This document shows, one piece after another, positions 16,945 through 25,960 of a DNA stretch of 64,000 nucleotides. Location: positions 3,166-67,165 of the forward strand of contig JBDHIJ010000024.1 of the NCBI GenBank assembly GCA_039587435.1, read 5' to 3'. Position 1 is the stretch's first letter. Each line of letters opens with the position of its first letter. The notes beneath the pieces were generated by a model that worked only from the letters and a program-made list of their open reading frames with translations, was not told the DNA's origin and did not search any database. Source of the stretch: Gemmatimonadota bacterium. GTDB taxonomy: Bacteria; Gemmatimonadota; Gemmatimonadetes; Longimicrobiales; Gaopeijiaceae. Made by a program: the position numbers and the translations under genes.

Positions 16945-19347
16945 GTGGCCGCGCTCGCGGTCGCGCTGGTGCCCACCGCCCCGGCCGGCCAGCTGCTGGC
17001 TCAGGACACCTACAAGCTTCCGCCCCAGGAGGTGGTGGACATCCTCGACGCGCCCCAGGCGCCCATGGTCCTGGTGAGCCCGGACCACTCGGTCCTGGTC
17101 ATGGCCCATCGCCACAACATGCCGTCCATCGACGACATGTCGCAGCCCATGCTCCGGCTCGCCGGGCGGCGTCTCAATCCCATGACCAACGCCCTGTTCT
17201 CGCCCAGCATGGTGACGGGTTACTCCCTCATGGATGTCGAGAGCGGCGCCGAGCGGTCCGTGAACCTCCCCGGCGAGGACGGCTGGGGGACGCCCCGGTT
17301 CGCTCCGGACGGTGCCCACTTCGTCACCACCCGGGCCACCACGGAAGGGACCGAGCTCTGGATCGTGGACGTGGCATCGGCCCAGGCCCGGCGCCTGCTG
17401 GGGCCGGTGCTGAACGGGACCGGCGGCTATCCCTGCGACTGGATCGACGGTGGGTCCATGCTCTGCTACCTGATCGACGAGAACCGGGGACCGGCGCCGG
17501 AGAAGCCCCTGGTTCCCACCGGTCCGGTGACCCAGGAGAGCATCGCGAACGACTCTCCGGTCCGGACGTATCAGGACATGCTCAAAAACCCGCACGACGT
17601 GGCGGTCTGGAGCTACTACCGCACCTCGGTGCCCGCCCTGGTGGACGCCGGTTCCGGCGCGGTGACGGCTCTGGCCGAGCCCGACCTCTACGCGGGCGTC
17701 GAGGCTTCACCCTCCGGTGAGTTCTTCCTGGTGAATCGGATGGTGAAGCCGTTCTCCTACCTGGTTCCGGAATACCGCTTTCCCATGAGCGTCGAGGTCT
17801 GGGATGCCGAGGGCCGCATGGTCGACCAGCTGGTCGAGATCCCGCTGGGGGAGGGGATTCCCATCGGCGGCGTGACCACCGGTCCCCGGAACCACTTCTG
17901 GGTGGCGGGCATGGACCACACCGTGGGCTGGCTCGAGGCGCTGGACGAGGGTGACCCCCGCGTCGAAGTCGAACTCCGGGACAAGCTGGTCTTCGCCGAG
18001 GCCCCGGGGATGGCCGGTTGGGACGTGATCCAGACCGAGCACCGCTTTGCCGGCCTCATCCGGGGCGAGGGCTCGCTGGCCTTCCTCTCCGAGTACGACC
18101 GGCCCTCCCGCCTGGCCCGGACCTGGAAGCTGGACCTGGGCGACGCCGACGCGGACGCCGAACTGGTCTGGGAGCGGAACTCCGAGGACCGCTACGGCGA
18201 CCCCGGCCGTCCGGTCATGGCCCTCTCCGAAGATGGAGAGTACCTGATCCGGCAGCGGGGCAACTGGATCTACCTGGATGGCACCGGCTCGTCGGACGAC
18301 GGGGATCGCCCCTTCCTCGACCGGATGAACGTCAACTCGTTCGACACCGAGCGTCTCTGGCGCTCGGAGGCGGGAGTCTACGAGGACATGGTGGCCATGC
18401 TCGACAACGAGGGCCACCGGATCCTCACCCGGTTCGAGTCGCCCACCGACCCGCCGAACTACTACGTGCGGGACCTCCGGTCCGGAGAGCGGCGGGCCCT
18501 GACCGCGTTCCCGGACCCGGCCCCGCAGCTGGCGGGTGTGTCCAAGGAATTCGTGACGTACACGCGGGATGACGGGGTCCAGCTCAGCGGCACGGTCTAC
18601 CTGCCGGTGGACTACCAGGAGGGCGAGCGGCGCCCAGCCTTCGTCTGGGCCTATCCCCGGGAGTATTCCAACCCGGAGGTGGCGGGACAGGTGCGCGGCT
18701 CCCCCTATCGGTTCCCTCGCATCACCGGTTCCAGCCACCTCTTCCTGCTGACCCAGGGCTACGTCGTGTTCGACGGGGCCACCATGCCCATCGTCGGCGG
18801 CGACACGGCGAACGACACCTACGTCGAGCAGCTGGTGGCCTCGGCGGATGCCGCGGTGGCCAAGCTCGATGAACTGGGCGTGGCCGACCCGAACCGGGTC
18901 GGAGTCGGCGGACACAGCTATGGCGCATTCATGACCGCCAATCTCCTGGCCCATTCCGACCTGTTCGAGGCCGGGATCGCCCGGAGCGGGGCCTACAACC
19001 GGAGTCTCACGCCCTTCGGCTTCCAGAACGAGCGACGGACCTTCTGGGAGGCTCCCGAGATCTACTTCGCCATGTCGCCGTTCATGAACGCGAGCAAGAT
19101 CAACGAGCCCATCCTCCTCATCCACGGGATGGCCGACAACAACTCCGGCACCTTCCCCATCCAGTCCGAGCGCCTGTACCACGCGCTCCAGGGACTGGGC
19201 GGTACCGTGCGCCTGGTCATGCTCCCCAACGAGAGCCATGGCTACCGGGCGCGGGAGAGCGTGATGCACACGCTGGCCGAGATGATCGAGTGGATGGACC
19301 GGTGGGTGAAGAATCCGCCGGAGCGGATCATCTCCGACGGGTTCTGA
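16945..19347 (+). CDS. S9 family serine peptidase (prolyl oligopeptidase family), exported
   Basis: 800-aa ORF with nucleophile motif GGHSYGAF and the C-terminal LLIHGMADNN...ESHGY catalytic Asp/His region. The N-terminus is signal-like but lacks a charged n-region, so the true start is uncertain. Confidence 0.9.
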   Translation: MAALAVALVPTAPAGQLLAQDTYKLPPQEVVDILDAPQAPMVLVSPDHSVLVMAHRHNMPSIDDMSQPMLRLAGRRLNPMTNALFSPSMVTGYSLMDVESGAERSVNLPGEDGWGTPRFAPDGAHFVTTRATTEGTELWIVDVASAQARRLLGPVLNGTGGYPCDWIDGGSMLCYLIDENRGPAPEKPLVPTGPVTQESIANDSPVRTYQDMLKNPHDVAVWSYYRTSVPALVDAGSGAVTALAEPDLYAGVEASPSGEFFLVNRMVKPFSYLVPEYRFPMSVEVWDAEGRMVDQLVEIPLGEGIPIGGVTTGPRNHFWVAGMDHTVGWLEALDEGDPRVEVELRDKLVFAEAPGMAGWDVIQTEHRFAGLIRGEGSLAFLSEYDRPSRLARTWKLDLGDADADAELVWERNSEDRYGDPGRPVMALSEDGEYLIRQRGNWIYLDGTGSSDDGDRPFLDRMNVNSFDTERLWRSEAGVYEDMVAMLDNEGHRILTRFESPTDPPNYYVRDLRSGERRALTAFPDPAPQLAGVSKEFVTYTRDDGVQLSGTVYLPVDYQEGERRPAFVWAYPREYSNPEVAGQVRGSPYRFPRITGSSHLFLLTQGYVVFDGATMPIVGGDTANDTYVEQLVASADAAVAKLDELGVADPNRVGVGGHSYGAFMTANLLAHSDLFEAGIARSGAYNRSLTPFGFQNERRTFWEAPEIYFAMSPFMNASKINEPILLIHGMADNNSGTFPIQSERLYHALQGLGGTVRLVMLPNESHGYRARESVMHTLAEMIEWMDRWVKNPPERIISDGF

Positions 19348-19430
19348 TCGCACCCGTCTCGGTCCGGATCCGGCCGGCACCGTCCACCAGGTCGGAACGG
19401 TAGCCGAGTCGGGATCGATCAGCCGGTACG

Positions 19431-19468
19431 AAAAGGAAGGGGCGCGGCCGATCGGCCGCGCCCCTTCC
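19431..19468 (-). terminator. Intrinsic terminator (perfect 34-bp palindrome) after the GGDEF gene
   Basis: GGAAGGGGCGCGGCCGA / TCGGCCGCGCCCCTTCC at 19435-19468. On the minus strand it is followed by TTTT (19431-19434). It sits between convergent genes. Confidence 0.6.
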
Positions 19469-19498
19469 TGCGTTCGGGACTCCCGGCTCGGGGCGGGA

Positions 19499-20488
19499 TC
19501 AGCCCCCCAGCGCTTCCTCCACGTCCTCGGTCAGGGCCACCTCTTCGAGTTCCGGGTCGCAGACCTGGTTCCGCCCGTCCGTCTTTGCCCTCAGCAGTGC
19601 CCGATCCGCGACGTTGAAGAGGGCGTCCGGGTTCCGGCCGTGATCCGGCGACGCGGCCCAGCCGGCCGACGACGTGATTCGCAGGTCCACGTCCAGGGGC
19701 GGTCGGGCTTCGGCCACCACCCTCACGAGGCGCTCGGCCACGGACCGGGCGATGACCCCGGTGGTGGCCGGGGCCAGGACCGCGAACTCCTCTCCCCCGA
19801 TCCGGAACGGAGCGTCCGCGGAGCGCGTGTGCTCGGACAGGATGCGGCCGACCCAGCGCAGCACCTCGTCGCCCGCTTCGTGGCCGAAGGTGTCGTTCAC
19901 GGTCTTGAATCGGTCGAGATCCATCAGGATGAGCGCGAACGAGTCACCGTACCGACGGGAGCGGTCGGCCTCCTCCCGAATCCGCTCGTGGAAGGCCCTG
20001 CGGTTCAGCAGGCCGGTGAGAGGGTCCCGCATGACCTTCTCGCTCAGACCGCTGATGTGCTCGTCCGCGTTCCGGATCCGGACCGACATCATCTCCAGGA
20101 GCATGATCGCCAGGTCCGGGCGCTGCCGGACGATCCGCCGGAAGTCCTCCTTCTCGATGGCCAGAGTCCGGACGTTCCCTACCGCTTTCACGGTGGCGCT
20201 CCGGGGCATGTCGTTCAGGAGGGCCATCTCCCCGAAGAAGTCGCCTTCCTTCAGGCGCGCCAGCTCGAAATCCTGTGAGCGGGCGGGGTACAGCACCTGC
20301 ACCTCCCCTTCGAGAACGATGTACAGCCTGTGACCCGGCTCGCCGACCGCCACGATGACACTCTCGCTGACGAACGACTCCTCCACGCTGACCTTGGCCA
20401 GGCGCATGAGGTCGCCCTCCGGCAGGTCCCGGAACAGGGGCACCTGTCGCAAGAGGTCGAGGTGGGGGACGGATGCGTGCTGAGTCAT
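19499..20488 (-). CDS. Cyclic-nucleotide-binding domain + GGDEF diguanylate cyclase
   Basis: Start at internal ATG (codon 17). CNB motifs FFGEMALL and PRSATVKA. GGDEF domain with GGEEF and an RSAD I-site five residues upstream. Confidence 0.9.
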   Translation of the reverse strand: MTQHASVPHLDLLRQVPLFRDLPEGDLMRLAKVSVEESFVSESVIVAVGEPGHRLYIVLEGEVQVLYPARSQDFELARLKEGDFFGEMALLNDMPRSATVKAVGNVRTLAIEKEDFRRIVRQRPDLAIMLLEMMSVRIRNADEHISGLSEKVMRDPLTGLLNRRAFHERIREEADRSRRYGDSFALILMDLDRFKTVNDTFGHEAGDEVLRWVGRILSEHTRSADAPFRIGGEEFAVLAPATTGVIARSVAERLVRVVAEARPPLDVDLRITSSAGWAASPDHGRNPDALFNVADRALLRAKTDGRNQVCDPELEEVALTEDVEEALGG

Positions 20489-20564
20489 TCCAGCTCGGGG
20501 GGAGTCACCGTGGAGCCGGGATCCGAAGGCCGGCAATTTCTCAGTATAGGTCTGAACCGAGAAA

Positions 20565-21590
20565 TCAGGCCAGCACCGCGGGATGGCCTCCGGTGTGCCA
20601 GAACACCACCCTCTCGCTGGAGGCCACCCGCCCGGAACGGAGCCAGTCCACCAGCCCCGAGGCCGCCTTCGCGCTGTATACCGGGTCCACCACCACCCCG
20701 GCCCGGGTCGCGAACAGGCTCTGTGCTTCCTCCCCGGCCGGCGTGGGGATCGCGTACCCCTCGCCCACGTATCCGTCCTGCGCCACGACTCGCTCCAGGG
20801 CGTGGGCCGCCCGGGGGCCTACGGCCTCGAGGGCCTCCAGGCCGAGCAGGTTGGCGGCCCCGCCGGCCAGGCGCCCCGTCTCACGGACGATCTCCTCCGC
20901 CGGCACGTCGGCGCTCACCGCCACTACGCGGATGTCGTCCCTGCCGGTGAGCGTGAGCCCCAGCGACAGCCCGGCCAGCGTGCCACAGGAGGAGCTCGCC
21001 ATGAAGATGGTGGTGGGGATCCGCCCGCTCGCGGCCTCCACCCCCTCGAGCTGCTGGACGAACTCCCGGGCGGCCGGCACGTAGCCCAGGGCGCCCAGCG
21101 GCGTGGATGCGCCCAGTGGAATCACGAGGGCTCCGCCTCCGTTGTCCTCGATCTCGCGGGCCTCGGCCTCCATGGCAGCATCCCGCTTCGTCGAGTCGCT
21201 CACCGATACGACCCGGGCGCCCAGCAGTCGATGGAGCAGGGCGTTGCCGGTGGGTGCAGCCGGTGGATCGCCGTTCAGGACCAGGACGCAGTCCAGGCCC
21301 AGTCGAGCCGCCGCGGCCGCTGTGACCCGGGCATGGTTGGACTGTACGCCCCCGCAGGTGATGAGGGTCGTGATCCCGCCCAGGTAGGGGGGTGCCAGCA
21401 CGTACTCCAGCTTTCGGACCTTGTTGCCGCCCAGACCGAACCCGTTGTGCGCGTCCAGCTTCAGGTGAAACCGCGCGGGGTCCCAGCCCAGCTCACGGGC
21501 CAGAGCCGGGGCCGGATCGAACGGCGTGGGCGTGATGCCGAAGGGGCGGCGGGGAAGGGCGTCGAGAGTCTGGAACGCTGCAGCGACCAT
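20565..21590 (-). CDS. PLP-dependent 1-aminocyclopropane-1-carboxylate deaminase / D-cysteine desulfhydrase family protein
   Basis: GGNKVRKLEY (PLP lysine motif), TCGGVQSNH, and the C-terminal FWHTGG. Confidence 0.9.
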   Translation of the reverse strand: MVAAAFQTLDALPRRPFGITPTPFDPAPALARELGWDPARFHLKLDAHNGFGLGGNKVRKLEYVLAPPYLGGITTLITCGGVQSNHARVTAAAAARLGLDCVLVLNGDPPAAPTGNALLHRLLGARVVSVSDSTKRDAAMEAEAREIEDNGGGALVIPLGASTPLGALGYVPAAREFVQQLEGVEAASGRIPTTIFMASSSCGTLAGLSLGLTLTGRDDIRVVAVSADVPAEEIVRETGRLAGGAANLLGLEALEAVGPRAAHALERVVAQDGYVGEGYAIPTPAGEEAQSLFATRAGVVVDPVYSAKAASGLVDWLRSGRVASSERVVFWHTGGHPAVLA

Positions 21591-21598
21591 GAGCCGGA

Positions 21599-22516
21599 TC
21601 AGTCGTGGACCACAGCTCCCGCGGCGCGCTGTGCCGCGCGAACCGTGTTGTGGTGGATGGATACGGTGTCTTCAACGGACGTACCGTAGCCCCCGGACAT
21701 GACGACCGCCACGGCGGTGCCCACCTCCACCCCGCTCTCGAGAACGATCCGGTCCCGCTCCGCCAGACCCTCGATCGTCACCGACAGGCGGCCGAGCCGA
21801 TCCCTCTCGTGGGGATCCGCGCCGGACACGTACAGGACGAGGTCCGGACGGGATCGATCGAGGGCCACCCGGACCGCCCGCCGCACGGCGTCCAGGTACT
21901 GGTCGTCACCGGTCCCGTCGGGGAGTTCCACGTCCAGGTCGCCGGCCTCCTTCCGGAACGGGTAGTTCCCGGCTCCGTGGACGGAGAGGGTGAACACGCT
22001 CGGGTCGCCGGCGAAGATGGCCGCGGTGCCGTTGCCCTGGTGCACGTCCAGGTCGACGACGGCCACCCGGCCCGCCCGCCCCTCGGCCTGCATGGCCCGG
22101 GCGGCCACGGCCACGTCGTTGAAGACGCAGAATCCCTCTCCCCGGTCGGCGAAGGCGTGATGCGTCCCGCCGGCCAGGTTCACCGCCACGCCGTCGCCGT
22201 CCAGCGCCGATCTCGCCGCTGCCAGGGTCCCGCCCACGGAACGCCGGGAGCGCTCGACCAGTTGGGGCGACCACGGGAAGCCGATGCGGCGGATCTCGTC
22301 CCGGGTCAGGTCCCCCGCTGCCACGCGTTCCACCCAGTCTCGGGTGTGGATCCTGCAGAGCTCCTCATCGGTGGCTCCGTCGGGAACCCTCAGATCCGTG
22401 TGCGGGGTACGCTCGTCCGACTGCACGCGCTCTCGCAGGAGGGCGTACTTCTCCATAGGAAACCGATGCCCCTCCGGGAGGGGAAGCACGAAGTGGTCGC
22501 AATAGAAGATGTTCAC
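21599..22516 (-). CDS. Histone deacetylase family amidohydrolase (AcuC / acetylpolyamine amidohydrolase-like)
   Basis: GGTHHAFADRGEGFCVFNDVAV and DLDVHQGNGT are read directly. Start set at GTG 22514-22516 (VNIFYCDHF). The 34 upstream codons of ORF 21599-22618 are low-complexity. Confidence 0.88.
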   Translation of the reverse strand: MNIFYCDHFVLPLPEGHRFPMEKYALLRERVQSDERTPHTDLRVPDGATDEELCRIHTRDWVERVAAGDLTRDEIRRIGFPWSPQLVERSRRSVGGTLAAARSALDGDGVAVNLAGGTHHAFADRGEGFCVFNDVAVAARAMQAEGRAGRVAVVDLDVHQGNGTAAIFAGDPSVFTLSVHGAGNYPFRKEAGDLDVELPDGTGDDQYLDAVRRAVRVALDRSRPDLVLYVSGADPHERDRLGRLSVTIEGLAERDRIVLESGVEVGTAVAVVMSGGYGTSVEDTVSIHHNTVRAAQRAAGAVVHD

Positions 22517-22637
22517 GGGTGGGGCAGTACCCTGGTGATGCTCTCGGTTTCCCGTCGGCGACCGCGGCGAGGAGGGCGGGATCGAAGGCACGATCCTGGA
22601 TTCGGACGGCGTCCCCATCTACGCGGCGTCGGTCGTA

Positions 22638-24887
22638 GTGGGGCTCACCGAGACCGACATCCTGAGGGGCACAGAGACCGACCGCTCCGGCTACTTCCGG
22701 ATCACCGACCTGGAGCCGGGGCGCTACTACGTCCGGGCGTTCCGTCTGGGATTCTCCGAAGTGTCGCAGGTGTTCGTGCTGGAGGGCAACGAAGCCGGCC
22801 TCGTGGCCGTCGAGCTGGTGCTCCCGCGGGCCGTGCTCGAGCTGGAGGGCTTCGAGGTGGAGGCCGAACGCAGCCGCGAGCGAACCCGGTTCGAGGAGGA
22901 GGCGGGGGCCACCGTCCGCGAGATCACCGGCGCCGAACTGAAGACCATCCCCGGTCTGGCGGAGAAGGACCCGCTCCGGGCTATCGAGGTTCTCCCCGGG
23001 GTGGTTTCCACCTCCGACTTCACCTCGGCCTTCAACGTGCGGGGCGGGTCGGCGGACCAGAACCTCATCCTCCTGGACGGGGTCCCGGTGTTCAACCCGT
23101 TCCACCTGGGAGGGCTTTTCTCCGTGTTCAACGGAGACATGGTGGGTCGTGCGGAGCTGCTCTCCGGCGGGTTCCCGGCCCAGTACGGCGGGAGGGTGTC
23201 GTCGGTACTGACGGTGGAGTCGGACGCGGGTACGGGGGACTTCGGCCTGGACGCCGCGGCCTCCCTCCTGTCCAGCCGGGTGGCCGTCGGAGGAGGCCTT
23301 CCCGAAAGCTGGGAGAACGGCATGGGCCTGAACACGGCCCGATGGCGGGTGTCGGCCCGGCGCTCCTACTTCGATGTGCTCCTGGGTCCCGCGGTGGATT
23401 TCCCGTATACCCTCACCGACCTGCAGGGCGTGTTCGAGGCCTGGACGAAGGGCGGCAGCCGATTCGCGATCTCCGCCTACACCGGTGCGGACCGGGTCGA
23501 CTTTGCCGGTTCCTCGTCGGAAGAGGACGGGTTTCCCCTGAAGGTGGACTGGTCGTGGGGGAACGACGTGGTGGGGGCGACCTGGAGCACGCCCTGGGCT
23601 CGGGGTGGGGGTGGGCTCGATCTTCGAGCCTCCTTTTCCCGGTTCGACAACGGGCTCTTCTTTCCCGACTTCGGGGACACGGAGCTGGCCAGCTTTATCG
23701 ATCAGTCCGACCTCTCGGCGGAGGTCCACGGCCGGATCGCCCGGCGCTGGCTCTTCCGCACCGGGCTGGCCGCCAGCCGCTACAGCTTCGACAACAGCTT
23801 CAAGAGCGGCGGCACCACCTTCGCCGCCGGATCGGGCGACGGATGGCTCAGTTCCGGGTTCTTCCAGGCCGAGTACCAGCGGGGGACGGACTGGATCCTG
23901 GAACTCGGGCTCCGCGGTGAGCAGTGGGCGCCCAGCGCCGGGGAGGACGTCTTCTTCCTGGCCCCCCGCATCGCGGTGAAGCGGTTCCTCGCCGGCGGTG
24001 AAGGCGCGGTGAAGTTCGCCACGGGCCGGTTCAGCCAGTTCCTCCATTCGGTCCGGGACGAGGAGATCCCCCTCGGCATCGACGTCTGGGTGCTCACCGG
24101 GGACCGGGCGCCCTACGTGACGTCCAACCAGGTCCAGGCCGGGGTCGAGTGGTTCCTCGCCGACGACTGGTTCCTTTCGGTGGAGGGGTATGGGCGGACC
24201 TTCGACGGCGTCATCACCGTGAACCAGGCCGAGGATCCCAACGACCCCCTGGACGACTTCCTCCAGGGCGACGGCTACTCCTATGGCGCCGACCTGTACC
24301 TCCGGAAGGACGGGTCCGACCTGAGCGGGTGGATCACGGTCTCCTGGCTGCAGGCCCGGCGGACCTTCCCCGATCCGTTGCTGGGGGTGTTCCCGGCGCC
24401 CGAGAACGAGATCGCACCGGTGTTCGACCGCCGTCTGGACGTGGACCTGGTGCTGCGGAAGACGCTGCCGTGGTGGGGCGTGGAGAGCGGACTTCGCTGG
24501 AACTTCGGAACCGGACTTCCCTACACTCGGCCCCTGGCCAACTTCGGCTACTACGGACCCGAGCTGGTCTCCGGCGGCCGGCTCAAGTGGGGCGGAGAGG
24601 TGCCGGAGGAGGAGGGCGACGGCCCCGGGGAGGAGGCGTTCGGCCTCATCCTCGGCCCGAAGAACGGGGAGCGGTATCCGGCCTACCACCGCCTCGATAT
24701 CAGCTTCCGGAAGGTCTTCGAGAAGGACTGGGGCTACCTGGCCCCCTATCTCGACATCCTCAACGTCTACAACCAGCGGAACGTGCTCTTCTACTTCTAC
24801 GAGCTGGAGAAGGACCCGGCCGTGCGGTCCGGCGTGTCCATGTTCCCGGTGCTTCCCACCCTGGGCCTGGAGATCCGCTGGCGATGA
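22638..24887 (+). CDS. TonB-dependent receptor with CarboxypepD_reg-like N-terminal domain; apparently lacks signal peptide (possible 5' truncation)
   Basis: Plug region (NVRGGSADQNLILLDGVPVFNPFHLGG) and a long beta-barrel ending in LGLEIRW. The homologous frame continues upstream of the GTG to a TGA at 22536 with no start codon (see finding). Confidence 0.85.
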   Translation: MGLTETDILRGTETDRSGYFRITDLEPGRYYVRAFRLGFSEVSQVFVLEGNEAGLVAVELVLPRAVLELEGFEVEAERSRERTRFEEEAGATVREITGAELKTIPGLAEKDPLRAIEVLPGVVSTSDFTSAFNVRGGSADQNLILLDGVPVFNPFHLGGLFSVFNGDMVGRAELLSGGFPAQYGGRVSSVLTVESDAGTGDFGLDAAASLLSSRVAVGGGLPESWENGMGLNTARWRVSARRSYFDVLLGPAVDFPYTLTDLQGVFEAWTKGGSRFAISAYTGADRVDFAGSSSEEDGFPLKVDWSWGNDVVGATWSTPWARGGGGLDLRASFSRFDNGLFFPDFGDTELASFIDQSDLSAEVHGRIARRWLFRTGLAASRYSFDNSFKSGGTTFAAGSGDGWLSSGFFQAEYQRGTDWILELGLRGEQWAPSAGEDVFFLAPRIAVKRFLAGGEGAVKFATGRFSQFLHSVRDEEIPLGIDVWVLTGDRAPYVTSNQVQAGVEWFLADDWFLSVEGYGRTFDGVITVNQAEDPNDPLDDFLQGDGYSYGADLYLRKDGSDLSGWITVSWLQARRTFPDPLLGVFPAPENEIAPVFDRRLDVDLVLRKTLPWWGVESGLRWNFGTGLPYTRPLANFGYYGPELVSGGRLKWGGEVPEEEGDGPGEEAFGLILGPKNGERYPAYHRLDISFRKVFEKDWGYLAPYLDILNVYNQRNVLFYFYELEKDPAVRSGVSMFPVLPTLGLEIRWR

Positions 24888-25897
24888 GAATCTCGAGAAT
24901 GAGGCGGACGTCCTCGTGGACCGGGTTCGGGCGGGTGCTCGGCCTTCTGCCCCTCTTCGCGGCAGCCGCCGGGTGTGAACTCACCGAGGTGGTGACCGAG
25001 GAGGCCGAGGACGCGGTGGTGGCCGAGATCTACGTCTACATCGACGGGAACGAGGTCACGGCCCGGGCGCTCCTGCATCGAACGTTTACACAGAACCAGG
25101 CGCCGCCGGCGGCGGAGATCGTGATCTCCCGACCCGCGGATGGACGGACGGCCCGGCTCTCCGCCGACGCGCCCGAAGCGTGCACGTTCGGGCTCCAGCC
25201 CGACCGCATCGTGGGAAGCTGCTACACGGCCGGGGGGGACGAGATCGGCTGGGTCCGGCCCGGGGACATACTGGAAGTCCGGGCGGACCTGGGACCGGAC
25301 GGCTCGCTCAGGGGCCGGACCACCACTCCGGCGGATTTCACGGTGGTGCAGCCGGCCGAGTTCGGCGGAGACGGGGTGCCCACCTGCCGCATCGAGCCGC
25401 TCACGAACATCCAGTTCCGGTGGACCTCGGCGGAGGGGACCTGGGCCTACCTCACCGAGACCCTGATCCAGGGACTGGACGAGATCTCCGGTGACTCCAC
25501 CGTGGCTAACCTGGTCCTCACGGGTCTCGCCCTTTCGGCGGCTGACACGACCATCCTGTATCCGGCCAACTACGGCGTGTTCGACCGCTTCGACTTGGAC
25601 CAGGAGGTGAGCCGGCTCCTCCAGCAGGGCCTGCCCGGCGGAACCGAGGCGCAGGTGGAGATCCTCGCGGCGGACCGGAACGCCACCAACTGGAATCGGC
25701 AGGGCGCCTTCAACCCCTCCGGGCTCATCCGGATCCCCAGCCTACAGGGGGAGGGCACGGGAGTGTTCTCCGCCGGTGTGGTCTACGGTTTCCGGGTCGT
25801 GGCGGCGACGGCCGGCAGCCCGGAGGCGCTGGACGAGAACGGGGTTGAGTTTCCCTCGTGCGGGCCACCAATTGACCCGTCCAACCCCCCGAGCTGA
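24884..25897 (+). CDS. DUF4249-like lipoprotein, TonB-receptor associated
   Basis: ATG at 24884 overlaps the receptor stop (ATGA). Lipoprotein signal LLPLFAAAAGC. C-terminal GEGTGVFSAGVVYGF resembles the DUF4249 tail. The family call is from memory. Confidence 0.7.
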   Translation: MRISRMRRTSSWTGFGRVLGLLPLFAAAAGCELTEVVTEEAEDAVVAEIYVYIDGNEVTARALLHRTFTQNQAPPAAEIVISRPADGRTARLSADAPEACTFGLQPDRIVGSCYTAGGDEIGWVRPGDILEVRADLGPDGSLRGRTTTPADFTVVQPAEFGGDGVPTCRIEPLTNIQFRWTSAEGTWAYLTETLIQGLDEISGDSTVANLVLTGLALSAADTTILYPANYGVFDRFDLDQEVSRLLQQGLPGGTEAQVEILAADRNATNWNRQGAFNPSGLIRIPSLQGEGTGVFSAGVVYGFRVVAATAGSPEALDENGVEFPSCGPPIDPSNPPS

Positions 25898-25960
25898 ACT
25901 CGTGCGCCGCCCCCTCGGCCGGCGGAGCTCGAGCCCAACCCCAACAGGCAGGAGGCGGTC

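Noticed and set aside
22517-22618. N-terminal 34-codon extension of the HDAC-family ORF (MGTPSESRIVPSIPPSSPRSPTGNREHHQGTAPP).
   Set aside because: It is low-complexity and lies outside the conserved HDAC fold, which begins near IFYCDHF. It would also overlap the region where the TonB-receptor frame is homologous. I preferred the GTG at 22516, although it has no clear SD.
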